A stretch of DNA of 64,000 bases from an uncultured Rhodobacter sp. (lineage in GTDB: Bacteria > Pseudomonadota > Alphaproteobacteria > Rhodobacterales > Rhodobacteraceae): contig OZ241336.1 of assembly GCA_965200115.1 (NCBI GenBank), positions 748,059-812,058 of the forward strand, in the 5' to 3' direction. This document shows, one piece after another, positions 35,959 to 46,150 of the stretch (position 1 is its first letter; every line of letters begins with the position of its first letter). The position numbers and the translations under genes are program-made. The notes below the pieces were generated by a model. It ran no database searches, was not told the origin of the DNA, and saw nothing but the letters and a program-made list of their open reading frames with translations.

Positions 35959-37341
35959 ATGTCACTGACATTCGCGCAAGCCGATGTCCCATCGACACCG
36001 ATCCACGTCATCGCCGACGGCGGAGTCGCCAGCTGGGCGGCGGGGCAGCCGGATCATGTACGGACATGGATCGAGAGACTCGGGTTTGTCGGCCGCCCGG
36101 GAAGCGTGGCGATGCTTCCAGGCGAGGACGGAAACATCGTCGCGGCACTGGTCGGGGTGGGCACCGAAGCGCAGCGCGCCCGCGCCAGGTTCGCGCTTGC
36201 CGCGGCCCAGCCGAAGCTGCCCGAAGGCGTCTACCACGTCGCGGGAGATTTGCGCGGACTCGATCCCGACGAACAGGCTCTCGGCTGGCTGCTTTCCCGC
36301 TACCGTTTCGGGCGCTACAGGGAGGTCAGGTCACCGGGCGCGGGACTCAAGCCGCCGCGGGGTGTCGATAGGGCGCGGATTGAGGCGATCGCGGCGGGCG
36401 AGGCCATGACCCGCGACCTGATAAACACGCCGGCGGGCGACATGGGACCCGAGGAGCTGGAACTGGCCACCGGGGATCTGGCGCGGGAGTTCGGTGCCGG
36501 CGTGGAGTCGGTCTCGGGCGATCGTCTGGAGAGGGATTTCCCGATGATCCATGCGGTCGGACGGGCGGCGTCAGACGCCCCGAGGCTCCTTGACATGCGT
36601 TGGGGCGCGGACGGGCCGGCGCTGACCCTGGTCGGCAAGGGAGTTTGCTTCGATACCGGCGGACTGAACGTCAAGCCGGCCAGGGGCATGGGTCTGATGA
36701 AAAAGGACATGGGCGGAGCCGCCACGGCACTCGGACTTGCGCGAATGATCATGGCGCTCGAACCGCGGCTCAGGCTGAGGGTCCTCGTACCGGCCGTCGA
36801 GAACGCCATAAGCGGTCGGTCGATGCGCCCGGGGGACGTGCTGACCAGCCGCAAGGGCCTGACCGTGGAGATCAACAACACCGATGCCGAAGGCCGTCTC
36901 GTAATGGCGGACGCGCTGGCCCTGGCGGATGAGGAGCGACCGGAACTCATTGTCTCCATGGCAACCCTTACAGGCGCGGCGCGGGTCGCGGTCGGTCCGG
37001 ACATCGCCCCGTTTTTCGCCACCGAACCCGCCGTGGCGGACGCGATACGCGACGGCGGAGCCGCGGTGGCCGACCCGGTCTGGGAACTGCCGTTTCACGA
37101 TCCTTACGAGACCATGATCGAGCCGGCGATCGCCGATCTCGATAACGCTCCCTCCGGCGGGTTCGCCGGCTCCATCACGGCGGCCCTGTTTCTCAGGCGG
37201 TTCGTCACCAGTACATCACGCTACGCGCATTTCGACATCTACGGCTGGCAGAACAAGGCGGCGCCCGGACGGCCGGCGGGAGGAGTGGGCCAGGGCGCGC
37301 GGGCCTTACTCGCCGCGCTCCCCAAGCTTCTCGGCGTTTGA
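35959..37341 (+). CDS. M17-family leucyl aminopeptidase-like protein
   Basis: VGKGVCFDTGGLNVKP, MKKDMGGAA and NTDAEGRLVMADAL catalytic motifs. Confidence 0.85.
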   Translation: MSLTFAQADVPSTPIHVIADGGVASWAAGQPDHVRTWIERLGFVGRPGSVAMLPGEDGNIVAALVGVGTEAQRARARFALAAAQPKLPEGVYHVAGDLRGLDPDEQALGWLLSRYRFGRYREVRSPGAGLKPPRGVDRARIEAIAAGEAMTRDLINTPAGDMGPEELELATGDLAREFGAGVESVSGDRLERDFPMIHAVGRAASDAPRLLDMRWGADGPALTLVGKGVCFDTGGLNVKPARGMGLMKKDMGGAATALGLARMIMALEPRLRLRVLVPAVENAISGRSMRPGDVLTSRKGLTVEINNTDAEGRLVMADALALADEERPELIVSMATLTGAARVAVGPDIAPFFATEPAVADAIRDGGAAVADPVWELPFHDPYETMIEPAIADLDNAPSGGFAGSITAALFLRRFVTSTSRYAHFDIYGWQNKAAPGRPAGGVGQGARALLAALPKLLGV

Positions 37342-38175
37342 ATGAACCCCCGCGTCACGCCCGGAAACGGCCGCGTCGCGGCATCGCACCTGCGCGGGCG
37401 GGTCAGGGCGGAGCGCTTTGTCGACGGCCATCGAATGCGGGTCGCGGTTCCAATGGCGGATCTGCTGGACATGCCGGGAGGGTCAAGACTCCGCCAGATC
37501 CAGATGGGAGAAGCCGTAACCGTTTACGAAACGCTGGACGGCTGGGCTTTCGTGCAGGCGATCAAGGACGGTTATGTCGGATACGTCGAGAGCCGCGTAC
37601 TGGCGGACCGCCCCGAACCGACCCACTGGCTCGCCGTACCGGCCTCGCACTGTTACAGGGCCGCTGACCTCAGGTCACCCGATATCTCGTGGCTGGGTTT
37701 CGGCAGTCTGCTGACGGTCGTTTCCTTCCAGTCGGGCTTCCTTGAGACCGACCGGGGCCAGTTCCTGCCCGAGCGGCATCTCTGGCCGGTGGGAAAGAGA
37801 TTTTCCGATCACGTGAACGCCGCGCAGCTGCACTTTGGAACACCCTATCTATGGGGCGGCAACTCCATACGGGGAATCGACTGCTCGGGACTGGTGCAGG
37901 CTTCGCTGACGGCGGCGGGACGTCCCTGTCCCGGCGACAGCGACATGCAGGAAACCGAACTTGGTTACGAACTGCCTTCGGGCACGCCGCCCGAACGTGG
38001 TGACCTTCTGTTCTGGAAAGGACACGTGGCGATCGCGGTGGACGGCGAGACGCTCCTGCACGCGAACGCGCATCATATGGCGGTCGCCTATGAGCCGACG
38101 CTGAAAGCCATCCGGCGGATCGACGCGCAGGGAGGCGGGCATGTCACCTCGCACCGGCGGTTGCTCCGCGAATGA
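37342..38175 (+). CDS. NlpC/P60 (C40) peptidase with N-terminal SH3b-like domain
   Basis: YLWGGNSIRGIDCSGLV...GDLLFWKGHVAIAV...LLHANAHHM (Cys-His-His triad). Confidence 0.8.
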   Translation: MNPRVTPGNGRVAASHLRGRVRAERFVDGHRMRVAVPMADLLDMPGGSRLRQIQMGEAVTVYETLDGWAFVQAIKDGYVGYVESRVLADRPEPTHWLAVPASHCYRAADLRSPDISWLGFGSLLTVVSFQSGFLETDRGQFLPERHLWPVGKRFSDHVNAAQLHFGTPYLWGGNSIRGIDCSGLVQASLTAAGRPCPGDSDMQETELGYELPSGTPPERGDLLFWKGHVAIAVDGETLLHANAHHMAVAYEPTLKAIRRIDAQGGGHVTSHRRLLRE

Positions 38176-38215
38176 AGGCGCCGCATCCCGACGCTACCGA
38201 CCTGCACTCCAGCAG

Positions 38216-38563
38216 TCACTGGACCGTGCGGATCAATTTCCGCTCCAGCACACGGAGAACGGTCCCGAGGTCATGTCCAAGCCCCAGAATCCGGCCGTCC
38301 ATGCCGATTACGGAATAGGGCCCCTGACGACTGCGGAGCCGGGGGCGTTTCTCGATACGGTAGAGCGGCAGTTCGGACGTGCGGCGGAAGACGGCGAAGA
38401 CGGCGACCTCGCCAAGGCTGGAGATGCCGTAGTCACGCCACTCGCCAGCGGCGACCATGCGCCCGTATACCGATAGAATCACTCCGAGTTCCCTCCTGTC
38501 AAAACTGACCCGGTCCGAAGCGCCGGCCAGAAACCTGAGTGGACCCGAATTGTGAATCGCCAT
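38216..38563 (-). CDS. DUF2794-like small protein
   Basis: Internal ATG (MAIHNSGPLRFLAGASDRVSFDRRELGVILSVYGRMVAAGEWRDYGIS...). The long N-terminal extension of ORF 38216..39025 looks non-coding. Confidence 0.55.
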   Translation of the reverse strand: MAIHNSGPLRFLAGASDRVSFDRRELGVILSVYGRMVAAGEWRDYGISSLGEVAVFAVFRRTSELPLYRIEKRPRLRSRQGPYSVIGMDGRILGLGHDLGTVLRVLERKLIRTVQ

Positions 38564-39245
38564 GGTTCCTATAGTGGATACGATCCCCGGCAAAATCAAG
38601 CGCGGGCGGAGGGCCAGCGGGAGCATTCCGCGGTAGCCGCAATACTCCCCCCAATTCCCTCGATCGGCGGGACTTTCGCTCGGCCACGCTCGGGAATGCA
38701 AAATCCGACGCCATTTGGGAAAGGGAATACGGAGACCGTCACCATCGGCTGGCCACGGCCCGCGGTTGATCGATCGCATCGCGCTCCCCGTCCTGACCAT
38801 TCCGCCGCGGATCGATGCGGTTTCAGGAAAGTCGCCTGCGTCGGATTGTCGCGAAGCGCGCCTCAATCCGGTCGAGATCTCCCTTTGCCCCAGCGACGCC
38901 AACATGGTCGTCGCCCACCCGATCGGGAGGCCCGCGGCATGCCAGCGCCGCGGACTCCATTTCCGGAAGCCGCATGCCGCGTTGCCGCGCGTCCACGCCC
39001 ATGGTCTCGTCGGCGACGTCTTCAATACCGTACGTCCATGCGCCCTTCGAGAGTCCCCCGATCGCTGGGGTTCACCGGGCCGTGCACGTCAAGTGACTGG
39101 ATGATGAACGGCGAATGCGTCGTCGCGAAGAGAATCGGCTCGACATGGACAAGGCGCAAAACGCCGTCCACCCGCCGGTCAACCGTCCGTGGGTCGATCG
39201 GCGGCCTTCACGGAATACGCGGGCCGGATCCCCGCGTAGGGCCGT

Positions 39246-40040
39246 TCAGGCCGGGTCGTCCCTTTCCGCCAGCGCATCCCGCAGAGCGTCTCCGGCGAGG
39301 TTTATGACAAGAACGCAGACCACGACCGCCAGACCGGGCCAGATCATCTGAAGTGGCGTCGAGAGCATATGGATTCTGGCGTCCAGCAGCATCGTTCCCC
39401 ATTCCGGCAGCGGCGGCTGCACGCCAAAGCCGAGAAAGCCAAGGGCGGAGATGCCGAGAATCGCGCGGGCAAACATGCCGGTCCAGACGACGGTCAGCGA
39501 CGGAAGAAGTGACGGCAGATAGTGCCACCGGGCAATCGCAAGCGGCGACATGACCGCGAGTTTGGCCTGGAGCACGTAGCCTCGGGTCGCCAACGAAAGG
39601 CCAATTCCCCTGGCGACCCGCGCGTAACGCATCCACCCGGTTACGCTTAGGGCTAGAACCAGACTTCCCGTCCCCGCTCCCAGCAATCCCGCGATCACCA
39701 CGGCGGCCACTAGGTCCGGGAAGGCAAGAAACGTATCCGTGGTCCGCATAACCAGCCAGTCGGCCAATCTGCCTCCCAAAGCGGCGGCGAGCCCGGCAAG
39801 CGTCCCGATCAACAGGCCGATCACTGAGACCAGGAATGCCAATCCGAGAGACCAGCGTGCCCCATGCAGGAGTCTGGAAAGAATGTCCCGGCCAAGGGCA
39901 TCGGTACCGAGAAACCATTCCGCGCCCGGCGAACTCAGCCGGTTCGGAACATTGATCGCCGAAGGATCATGGGGCGCCACGAGCGGACCGAAGACCGCGA
40001 CCAGAACGAACGCGCCGAACAAGGCAATCACGCTACGCAT
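39246..40040 (-). CDS. Peptide/nickel-type ABC transporter permease (DppC/NikC-like)
   Basis: FGPLVAPHDP...FLGTDALGRDILSRLLHGARWSL. The ATG overlaps the upstream permease stop by 8 nt. Confidence 0.8.
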   Translation of the reverse strand: MRSVIALFGAFVLVAVFGPLVAPHDPSAINVPNRLSSPGAEWFLGTDALGRDILSRLLHGARWSLGLAFLVSVIGLLIGTLAGLAAALGGRLADWLVMRTTDTFLAFPDLVAAVVIAGLLGAGTGSLVLALSVTGWMRYARVARGIGLSLATRGYVLQAKLAVMSPLAIARWHYLPSLLPSLTVVWTGMFARAILGISALGFLGFGVQPPLPEWGTMLLDARIHMLSTPLQMIWPGLAVVVCVLVINLAGDALRDALAERDDPA

Positions 40041-40971
40041 CACGCTCGCCGATGCGGGGGTCGATGAGGCGATAGACGACATCGACAAGCAGATTGACCA
40101 CGACAAACACCAGCGCCGTCAGAAGGACGACGGCCTGAACCTTGGGGAAGTCCCTCGCCGCGATGGCGGCCACCAGAAAGCTGCCAAGGCCGGGTCTTCC
40201 GAAAATAACCTCCACCATCACCGTCCCTTCAAGAAGGAACGCCAGCTCCAGGCCAAAGACGGTAACCACGGGAATCGCCGCGTGCGGAACCACGTGATCC
40301 CGTCCGATGGCCCGGTCCGATACACCCCGTCGGCGAAGGGCGGGAAGGAATTGCTGGCCTCTCGCCTCAAGAATACCGGATCGGATGATTCGGGTGAGGG
40401 AGGCGGCGACGCCAAGCCCCAGCGTCAGGGCGGGCAATATCACATGGGCCCGTGTGCGTGCCCCCATGGCCGGAAGCCAGCCCAGGTGGACCGCGAAAAG
40501 CAGGATCAGTAAAAGCCCAAGCCAATAGGCCGGGACCGCCGCCCCAAGTGACGCCAGGGCCACCGCAAAGCGGTCCGTCCACCCGCCGGGCGCGCGCGTT
40601 GCGATCACGGCGAGAGGCACCGAGATAGCCAGGCCGATGCCCAGTCCCGCAACCGCCAGCGGCACGGTATACGAGCCCGCCGCCGCGAGTTCAGGCCATA
40701 CCGCCCGGCCGGTCACGGACGACCGCCCCAGGTCACCGGCCATCAACGGTCCGACCCACCCCTTGAAGGCGGCCCAGAAACCACCGTCCAGACCAGCCTC
40801 GACCCGCACTCTGTCGATCACGTCGGCGGGCACCACCGTGTCGTAGCGCGCCAGCGCGATGGCAAGTGCGGGATCTCCCGGGGCATTCCAGAGCAGCGCG
40901 AATGTGGCCAATGCCACGCCCGTCAGGACCACGCACGCGCGAAGTACCAGGCCGAGAATGCCTCGCGTCAT
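40033..40971 (-). CDS. Peptide/nickel-type ABC transporter permease (DppB/NikB-like)
   Basis: 312 aa, multi-TM, C-terminal VVNLLVDVVYRLIDPRI. ATGA-type overlap with the upstream ATPase gene. Confidence 0.8.
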   Translation of the reverse strand: MTRGILGLVLRACVVLTGVALATFALLWNAPGDPALAIALARYDTVVPADVIDRVRVEAGLDGGFWAAFKGWVGPLMAGDLGRSSVTGRAVWPELAAAGSYTVPLAVAGLGIGLAISVPLAVIATRAPGGWTDRFAVALASLGAAVPAYWLGLLLILLFAVHLGWLPAMGARTRAHVILPALTLGLGVAASLTRIIRSGILEARGQQFLPALRRRGVSDRAIGRDHVVPHAAIPVVTVFGLELAFLLEGTVMVEVIFGRPGLGSFLVAAIAARDFPKVQAVVLLTALVFVVVNLLVDVVYRLIDPRIGERDA

Positions 40972-41690
40972 GCCGCCCGCTCAAATGCACCGAGCGCGAC
41001 CGCCGCGTCTCTTAACTTGCGGCCATAAGCGGTTCGCGGGCTTGCGATAAAGTCCTTCGGGCGCGTCAACTCCTCGATCCGGCCGGAGCGCAGCACCGCG
41101 ATGTCGTCCGCATAGGCGCAGGCATAGCCAAGATCATGGGTGACAATGAGTGCCGCGAAGCCCTCCTCCGCCTGCAGGTCAGCGATCAGCCTCGCCGTGC
41201 GTTTCTGCGTGAAGGCATCCAGCGCCGACAGGGGTTCATCGAACAGTACCAGTGGCGGCGCGGCGATCAGGGCACGCAGGAGGCCGAGCCTCTGGGCCTG
41301 ACCGATGGAAACCTCCAGCGGCCGTCTGTCCAGCAGGTCATGGGTCAATTCCAGACCGCGACAGAGTCGTTCCATTCGGTCCAGCGGCGGCGGTCGGCGG
41401 GCCGCGACAGGTTCCATGACGGACCGCCGTAAGGTCAACGTCGGATTGAACGCCGCTCGGGGTTCCTGCATGACCAGTGAGGGAGCGCAGTCGCGCACCG
41501 GTGCCCCGGCCCAGGAAATCTCGCCCCGCCATGGACGCAGGAACCCCAGTACCGCGGCTATCAGAGTGGATTTTCCGGCACCGCTTTCCCCCACGACGGC
41601 AAGGGTTCTGCCGGGCTCCAGCGAGAGCGAAACATCCTCCAGCGTCATGGTCCTGCCGCGTCTCACCGAAACGCTCTCGACCCTCAGCAT
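40968..41690 (-). CDS. ABC transporter ATP-binding protein (NikE/DppF-like)
   Basis: GESGAGKST Walker A, LFDEPLSALD Walker B. Internal ATG (MLRVESV) overlaps the previous stop by 7 nt. Confidence 0.8.
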   Translation of the reverse strand: MLRVESVSVRRGRTMTLEDVSLSLEPGRTLAVVGESGAGKSTLIAAVLGFLRPWRGEISWAGAPVRDCAPSLVMQEPRAAFNPTLTLRRSVMEPVAARRPPPLDRMERLCRGLELTHDLLDRRPLEVSIGQAQRLGLLRALIAAPPLVLFDEPLSALDAFTQKRTARLIADLQAEEGFAALIVTHDLGYACAYADDIAVLRSGRIEELTRPKDFIASPRTAYGRKLRDAAVALGAFERAA

Positions 41691-42367
41691 GGCACCGCGA
41701 GCCAGCTTCTGTGCGCGCAAAGGGACTTCGCCGCGCCTGTCCGGGGACACTCCAGCAGATCCTGGGTCGAAGCCGCCTCCACGACGCGTCCCTCATCCAT
41801 CACCATCAGTCGTGAGACCCGCCGGGCCGCCAACCCAAGATCATGGGTGATCAGGAGCGTCGCCGTTCCGGTGCCATTGAGGTGACTTTCGAGCAGGTCC
41901 ATTGTGTCCGCCGCGATTACCGGATCCAGCGCTGAAGTCGGCTCGTCAAGCACGATCAGTTCCGGGGAACCGATCAGCGCCATCGCGATAACGAAACGCT
42001 GCTGCATGCCCCGACTCCATCCCCAGGGCCGTTTACCGAGATCGCCGCCGGCGATTTTCAGCGCGGAGAGCAATCGTTTCCGACGGTCAGCGTCAGGTGG
42101 CGCCTTCAGTGCGAGCTCGGCCTCGCTCCAGTGGAACTCCAGACTGCGGAGCGGGTCCAGCGCCTCATCCGGGCTTTGGGGAACATGGGCGACACCGCGG
42201 CCCTGCGCCCGCAGATCATCGATCAGGGCGTGGCCGAGCGTGGACTTGCCGGAGCCGGACGCGCCGACCAGACCTATACGGTCGCCGGACGCGATCTCAA
42301 GAGACGTCGGGTGCAGAATGGTCCGGCCCGAGCGCACGGCGCCCAGGCCGGAGACGGAAAGCGTCAT
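41684..42367 (-). CDS. ABC transporter ATP-binding protein (NikD/DppD-like)
   Basis: GASGSGKST, LDEPTSALD. Internal ATG in an ATGA overlap with the SBP stop. Confidence 0.8.
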   Translation of the reverse strand: MTLSVSGLGAVRSGRTILHPTSLEIASGDRIGLVGASGSGKSTLGHALIDDLRAQGRGVAHVPQSPDEALDPLRSLEFHWSEAELALKAPPDADRRKRLLSALKIAGGDLGKRPWGWSRGMQQRFVIAMALIGSPELIVLDEPTSALDPVIAADTMDLLESHLNGTGTATLLITHDLGLAARRVSRLMVMDEGRVVEAASTQDLLECPRTGAAKSLCAHRSWLAVPC

Positions 42368-43905
42368 TCGGCCAGCGCGACCCCGATGTGCATCCAATAG
42401 GTTTCGGCCGGATGGACGGCAAAGCCCGTAAGCCCGGCGCGCCCGACGCTGACCTGGCTGGCGTGAAACACCGGGATCAGCGCTGTGTCCTCGGCGATGA
42501 TGGCCTGCACGCGTTCGTAAATCGCCCGCCGCGCGTTCTCATCGAAGGTCTGCCGCCCTTCCGCCAGCAGCGCATCCAGCTCAGGGTTGGAGTAACCCCC
42601 CACGTTCGAGCCCGAACCCGTCCCGATAATCGTCTCCGGGAAGTAACTGGGATCGCCCTGCGGGGCGGTGCCCCACGCCTGCAGGTGCATGTCCGCCGCA
42701 CCGCTGGCGATGGCATCGTTGTTGGCGCCGAATTCGCCGATGGAAACCGTGGCCGCGACCCCGATGGCCTGAAGATAGGCCTGCGTCAGTTCCGCGGTTG
42801 GCGGCAGGGCGGCGCGGGACGAATAGGTCACGATATCGATCTCAAGCGGGGCGCCGTCAAGCATCCAGCGGCCGCCCTCTTTCACCGCACCGGCCTCGGC
42901 CAGCAACCGCTCCGCGCGGTTTGGGTCGTATGAGGGGGCGATGTCGGCGGCCCAGGCCATCATGGCCGGGAAGACGGTGCCGGCCGGTACCCCGCCAACG
43001 CCCGAAAGGGCCGCCTCCACGACTCCCTGTCGGTCGATGGCGAGGGACACCGCGCGTCGGATGAGCCGGTTTTCCAACGGCCCGTTCGTGACGTTCAGCC
43101 CGTAAAAGAACAGCCGTGTCGTGGGGGCGGCAAAGCCCTGGGCGCCGGCGCTCAGGACGCGGTCATAGTCGGTCTCGGGGTAATTGATGACCAGATCGAC
43201 CTCGCCCGCCTCGAAGGCCAGCGCGGCCGCGGCCGGATCACCGGTCTTGACGACACGCACCTCGGCCAGCGCGGGCGGACCATCGCGATAGTTCGGATAG
43301 GCCTCAACGCGATATAGCTGATCAGGCACCGCCTCGCGGAAAACGAAGGGGCCGGTCGCGTTGATCGGGAAGGCCTCGGAAGCGGGGCCCAGGACGGCGA
43401 CCCCGGGCTCCGTCAGCGTCCATGGAAAGGCGGCGTTTGGGCTGTTGGTGCGGAAAACGACGGTAAGCGCGCCATCCGCCTCCATTCCCGCCAGATCCAT
43501 AAGCCTTACAAGCCTCGGATTGTGTGCCGCGTGACCCTCCTGGGCCATCGGCAAGAGGCTATCGATAACCGATTGCGCCGTCACCGGACCGCCGTCGTGA
43601 AAGGTGAGGTTATCGCGCAGGGTCACGCGCCATGTCGTGGGGTCGGTTCGCTCGATATTCTTGGCCAGCCGCGGATAGAGCTGGAGGTCGCTGTCGAGGC
43701 CCATCAGCGTTTCCGTGACCCCCGCCTGGTTCGACAGCCAGCCGTATTGGCGCGCACGGGGGTCCGGCACCTCGCTGGCGGGCCCGGAATGGTAGGCGAT
43801 GGTAACGCTCCCCTCCCCGGCGGACACCGGCGACACGGGGCCCAGCGCGACTACGGCGGCAAGCGCGGCGGGAGCGGTATAGACGAACGGAGCAAGTCGG
43901 GACAT
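42364..43905 (-). CDS. Family-5 (peptide/nickel/opine) ABC substrate-binding protein
   Basis: 513 aa with a signal peptide. LTFHDGGPVTAQSV and ...YPNYRDGPP are typical of SBP_bac_5. Confidence 0.8.
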   Translation of the reverse strand: MSRLAPFVYTAPAALAAVVALGPVSPVSAGEGSVTIAYHSGPASEVPDPRARQYGWLSNQAGVTETLMGLDSDLQLYPRLAKNIERTDPTTWRVTLRDNLTFHDGGPVTAQSVIDSLLPMAQEGHAAHNPRLVRLMDLAGMEADGALTVVFRTNSPNAAFPWTLTEPGVAVLGPASEAFPINATGPFVFREAVPDQLYRVEAYPNYRDGPPALAEVRVVKTGDPAAAALAFEAGEVDLVINYPETDYDRVLSAGAQGFAAPTTRLFFYGLNVTNGPLENRLIRRAVSLAIDRQGVVEAALSGVGGVPAGTVFPAMMAWAADIAPSYDPNRAERLLAEAGAVKEGGRWMLDGAPLEIDIVTYSSRAALPPTAELTQAYLQAIGVAATVSIGEFGANNDAIASGAADMHLQAWGTAPQGDPSYFPETIIGTGSGSNVGGYSNPELDALLAEGRQTFDENARRAIYERVQAIIAEDTALIPVFHASQVSVGRAGLTGFAVHPAETYWMHIGVALAE

Positions 43906-43916
43906 TGGAGCTTCCT

Positions 43917-44189
43917 TCAGGTTTGGGAATTAAGCTTGAAAAGAGTTGATCGCCGGTCGCGGGCCAGTGTTCGGGCCTCGGCCCGGCTCAGCAGGACCAG
44001 CGTCTCTTCCTGCGTCAGGCCCCTGGCCAGTGACTTTGACCAAATGCGCCGCGCCGATGCGGGGGACCAGGGCAATGCGGCCTGCGAGAGCCATTGACGC
44101 AAGGGGGGCGGCAGGCCGTCAAAGGCCGCCATTGGATCGCCCGGACGCCGCCTTCTGCGCAGGCTGGTTTCGCCGATGTTGCCGCTCAC
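43917..44189 (-). CDS. Small conserved protein (DUF6525-like as I recall it, unverified)
   Basis: GTG start in a GTGA overlap with the DUF1826 stop. NIGETSLRRRRRPGDPMAAFDGLPPPLRQWLSQAALPWSP. Confidence 0.5.
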   Translation of the reverse strand: MSGNIGETSLRRRRRPGDPMAAFDGLPPPLRQWLSQAALPWSPASARRIWSKSLARGLTQEETLVLLSRAEARTLARDRRSTLFKLNSQT

Positions 44190-44821
44190 ACTTCGTCTTC
44201 CGGATCGAAAACGGGGTCCAGAAAGAGAATCAACCGGGTTTCGCCCTTGCCCTCGATCGGTGGCGATCGATGAAGCAGTCCAGCCGATGGCGTCTCCGGC
44301 CAAAGCGTTCCCCGAAGGAGGATCGGCGCTCCGGTCGGAACGGTGAGGATATCGCTCGGGTCTTCCCGGTTGGCGGAAATCCCGTATTGGGTGCCGGTTC
44401 CGCGATAGGTGCAGATCAGCCGGGCCGTTATCGCGTCTATGTGGAATTTACGGCATGAGTTGGTCGTCACCACGTCCAGCCGCAGCCGCAGGAACCTTGC
44501 TGACATCAAGTCCGCGAACATCCCGGCCAGCGCGGCGACGTCCTTCTGGAGCCAGTCCCGTTCCGGCCCCGGTGGCGTTTGGGCGATGTCACACAGTTGG
44601 CCAAAAGTATCGGCGACCTCATCCGGGCGCAGGATGACCCGGCCGCGTGGGAGGCGTTCGGGATCAAGTCGGTCCAGCCAGTCCTGAATGTCCTCCGGCG
44701 TCTGCCTGCGCCAGATCGAGGCGGCGCATTCCGGTCGCGCGAACGCGCTGAGCGACGCCGGACCGTCCGCGACGTCAATGGCGGCCACGGGGTTACTCAC
44801 CTTGATGGGATCGAAATTCAT
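44186..44821 (-). CDS. DUF1826 domain protein
   Basis: [24 protein letters not shown]...[14 protein letters not shown] overlap with the COG0523 stop. This family is commonly adjacent to COG0523 genes. Confidence 0.7.
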   Translation of the reverse strand: MNFDPIKVSNPVAAIDVADGPASLSAFARPECAASIWRRQTPEDIQDWLDRLDPERLPRGRVILRPDEVADTFGQLCDIAQTPPGPERDWLQKDVAALAGMFADLMSARFLRLRLDVVTTNSCRKFHIDAITARLICTYRGTGTQYGISANREDPSDILTVPTGAPILLRGTLWPETPSAGLLHRSPPIEGKGETRLILFLDPVFDPEDEV

Positions 44822-46044
44822 GCCGCCCGTTCCTCCCGTCGCCAGATCGGGAACGGATCGGGGTAGTCAGGCAGGTCATCGGGCCCACTGGCCGCCGAAG
44901 CGGGCATCAGACAGCGATCGAGGCGTTCCTCGAGCGCGGGCCAGTCCATTCCCGCCCCGATGAAGACGATCTCCTGACGGCGGTCTCCCCACGGCTCCCG
45001 CCAATGCGACCTGATCCACTCACGGGTGTCCTCATGTTCGGGCCAGCGCTCTTTCGGCACCGACGCCCACCATGTGCCCAGCGGCTTGACGCTTGACAGG
45101 GCCCCGGCCAGGGAAAACTCGGCAACCCAATCCGGCCGTGTCGCGATCCAGAAATGACCCTTGGCGCGGATCACGCCCGGCAGATCGCCGTTCAGGAAAT
45201 CAAAGACGCGTTCGGGAACGAACGGCAGGCGGGCCCGGTAGACATGGGAGGTGACCCCATATTCCTCCGTCTCGGGCACGTGGTCGGCAAAGCCATACAG
45301 CTCCTTCGCCCACATTGGGTGTTCATGGGCCTTCCCGAAATCGAAGCTACCCGTGTCCAGGATCGCGCCTGCGGGTACCTCGGATCGATCCGTCTCGATG
45401 ATCCTTGCGTCACCGTTCAGGCTGCGGATGATCTTGCGGGCCGCATCCACCCTCTCCGGGCCGGCATCGCTTACCTTGTTCAGGATCACGACGTCGGCGA
45501 ACTCGATCTGGTCGGTCAGCAGATGCACCAGAGTGCGTTCATCCCCGTCACCCATGGTCTCGCCCCGATCGCGCAGGAAGTCATGGGAGGAGTAGTCCCG
45601 CAGAAGGTTCACCGCATCGACCACCGTCACCATGGTGTCGAGCCGGGCGACATCCGACAGGCTGTCACCCGATTCATCCCGAAACTCGAATGTCGCGGCC
45701 ACGGGGAGAGGCTCGGAGATGCCTGTGGACTCGATCAGAAGGTAGTCGAATCGCCCTTCGGCGGCGAGACGGCGCACCTCTTCCAGAAGGTCATCGCGCA
45801 GGGTGCAGCAGATGCAGCCGTTCGACATCTCGACCAAGGTTTCGTCCGTCCGGCTAAGTTCGGTATCGGCACGAACCAGATCCGCGTCGATGTTGACCTC
45901 CGACATATCGTTGACAATGACCGCCACCCGGCGGCCCTCGCGATTTCCGAGGACCCGATTGAGCAGGGTGGTTTTCCCCGCCCCGAGGAACCCGGAAAGG
46001 ACCGTGACGGGGAGTCGGGCGTCTGGCATTCGACTGTCTGGCAT
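44818..46044 (-). CDS. COG0523 (CobW/ZigA/YeiR-type) metallochaperone GTPase
   Basis: [16 protein letters not shown]-loop, [12 protein letters not shown] metal-binding motif and a C-terminal CobW_C-like region. Confidence 0.85.
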   Translation of the reverse strand: MPDSRMPDARLPVTVLSGFLGAGKTTLLNRVLGNREGRRVAVIVNDMSEVNIDADLVRADTELSRTDETLVEMSNGCICCTLRDDLLEEVRRLAAEGRFDYLLIESTGISEPLPVAATFEFRDESGDSLSDVARLDTMVTVVDAVNLLRDYSSHDFLRDRGETMGDGDERTLVHLLTDQIEFADVVILNKVSDAGPERVDAARKIIRSLNGDARIIETDRSEVPAGAILDTGSFDFGKAHEHPMWAKELYGFADHVPETEEYGVTSHVYRARLPFVPERVFDFLNGDLPGVIRAKGHFWIATRPDWVAEFSLAGALSSVKPLGTWWASVPKERWPEHEDTREWIRSHWREPWGDRRQEIVFIGAGMDWPALEERLDRCLMPASAASGPDDLPDYPDPFPIWRREERAA

Positions 46045-46075
46045 ACTACGCTCCGAATATCTGTGGCGTGAACGA

Positions 46076-46120
46076 TGTAACTCGCACGGTTACTGGAAAG
46101 ATGCAACAGAAAAGGTTACA
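46076..46120. promoter_or_regulatory. Candidate operator half-sites in the divergent COG0523/Rrf2 promoter region
   Basis: TGTAAC (46076-81), GTTAC (46089-93) and GTTACA (46115-20). The first two form TGTAAC-N7-GTTAC dyad symmetry. Confidence 0.3.
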
Positions 46121-46150
46121 TTTGAAACTCCGTTCGGAGAGAAACTTCGC

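Noticed and set aside
46045-46150. Canonical Zur box upstream of the COG0523 gene
   Set aside because: Only TGTAAC/GTTAC half-sites were found. No convincing match to the AT-rich Zur palindrome I recall. It is reported as a low-confidence operator only.
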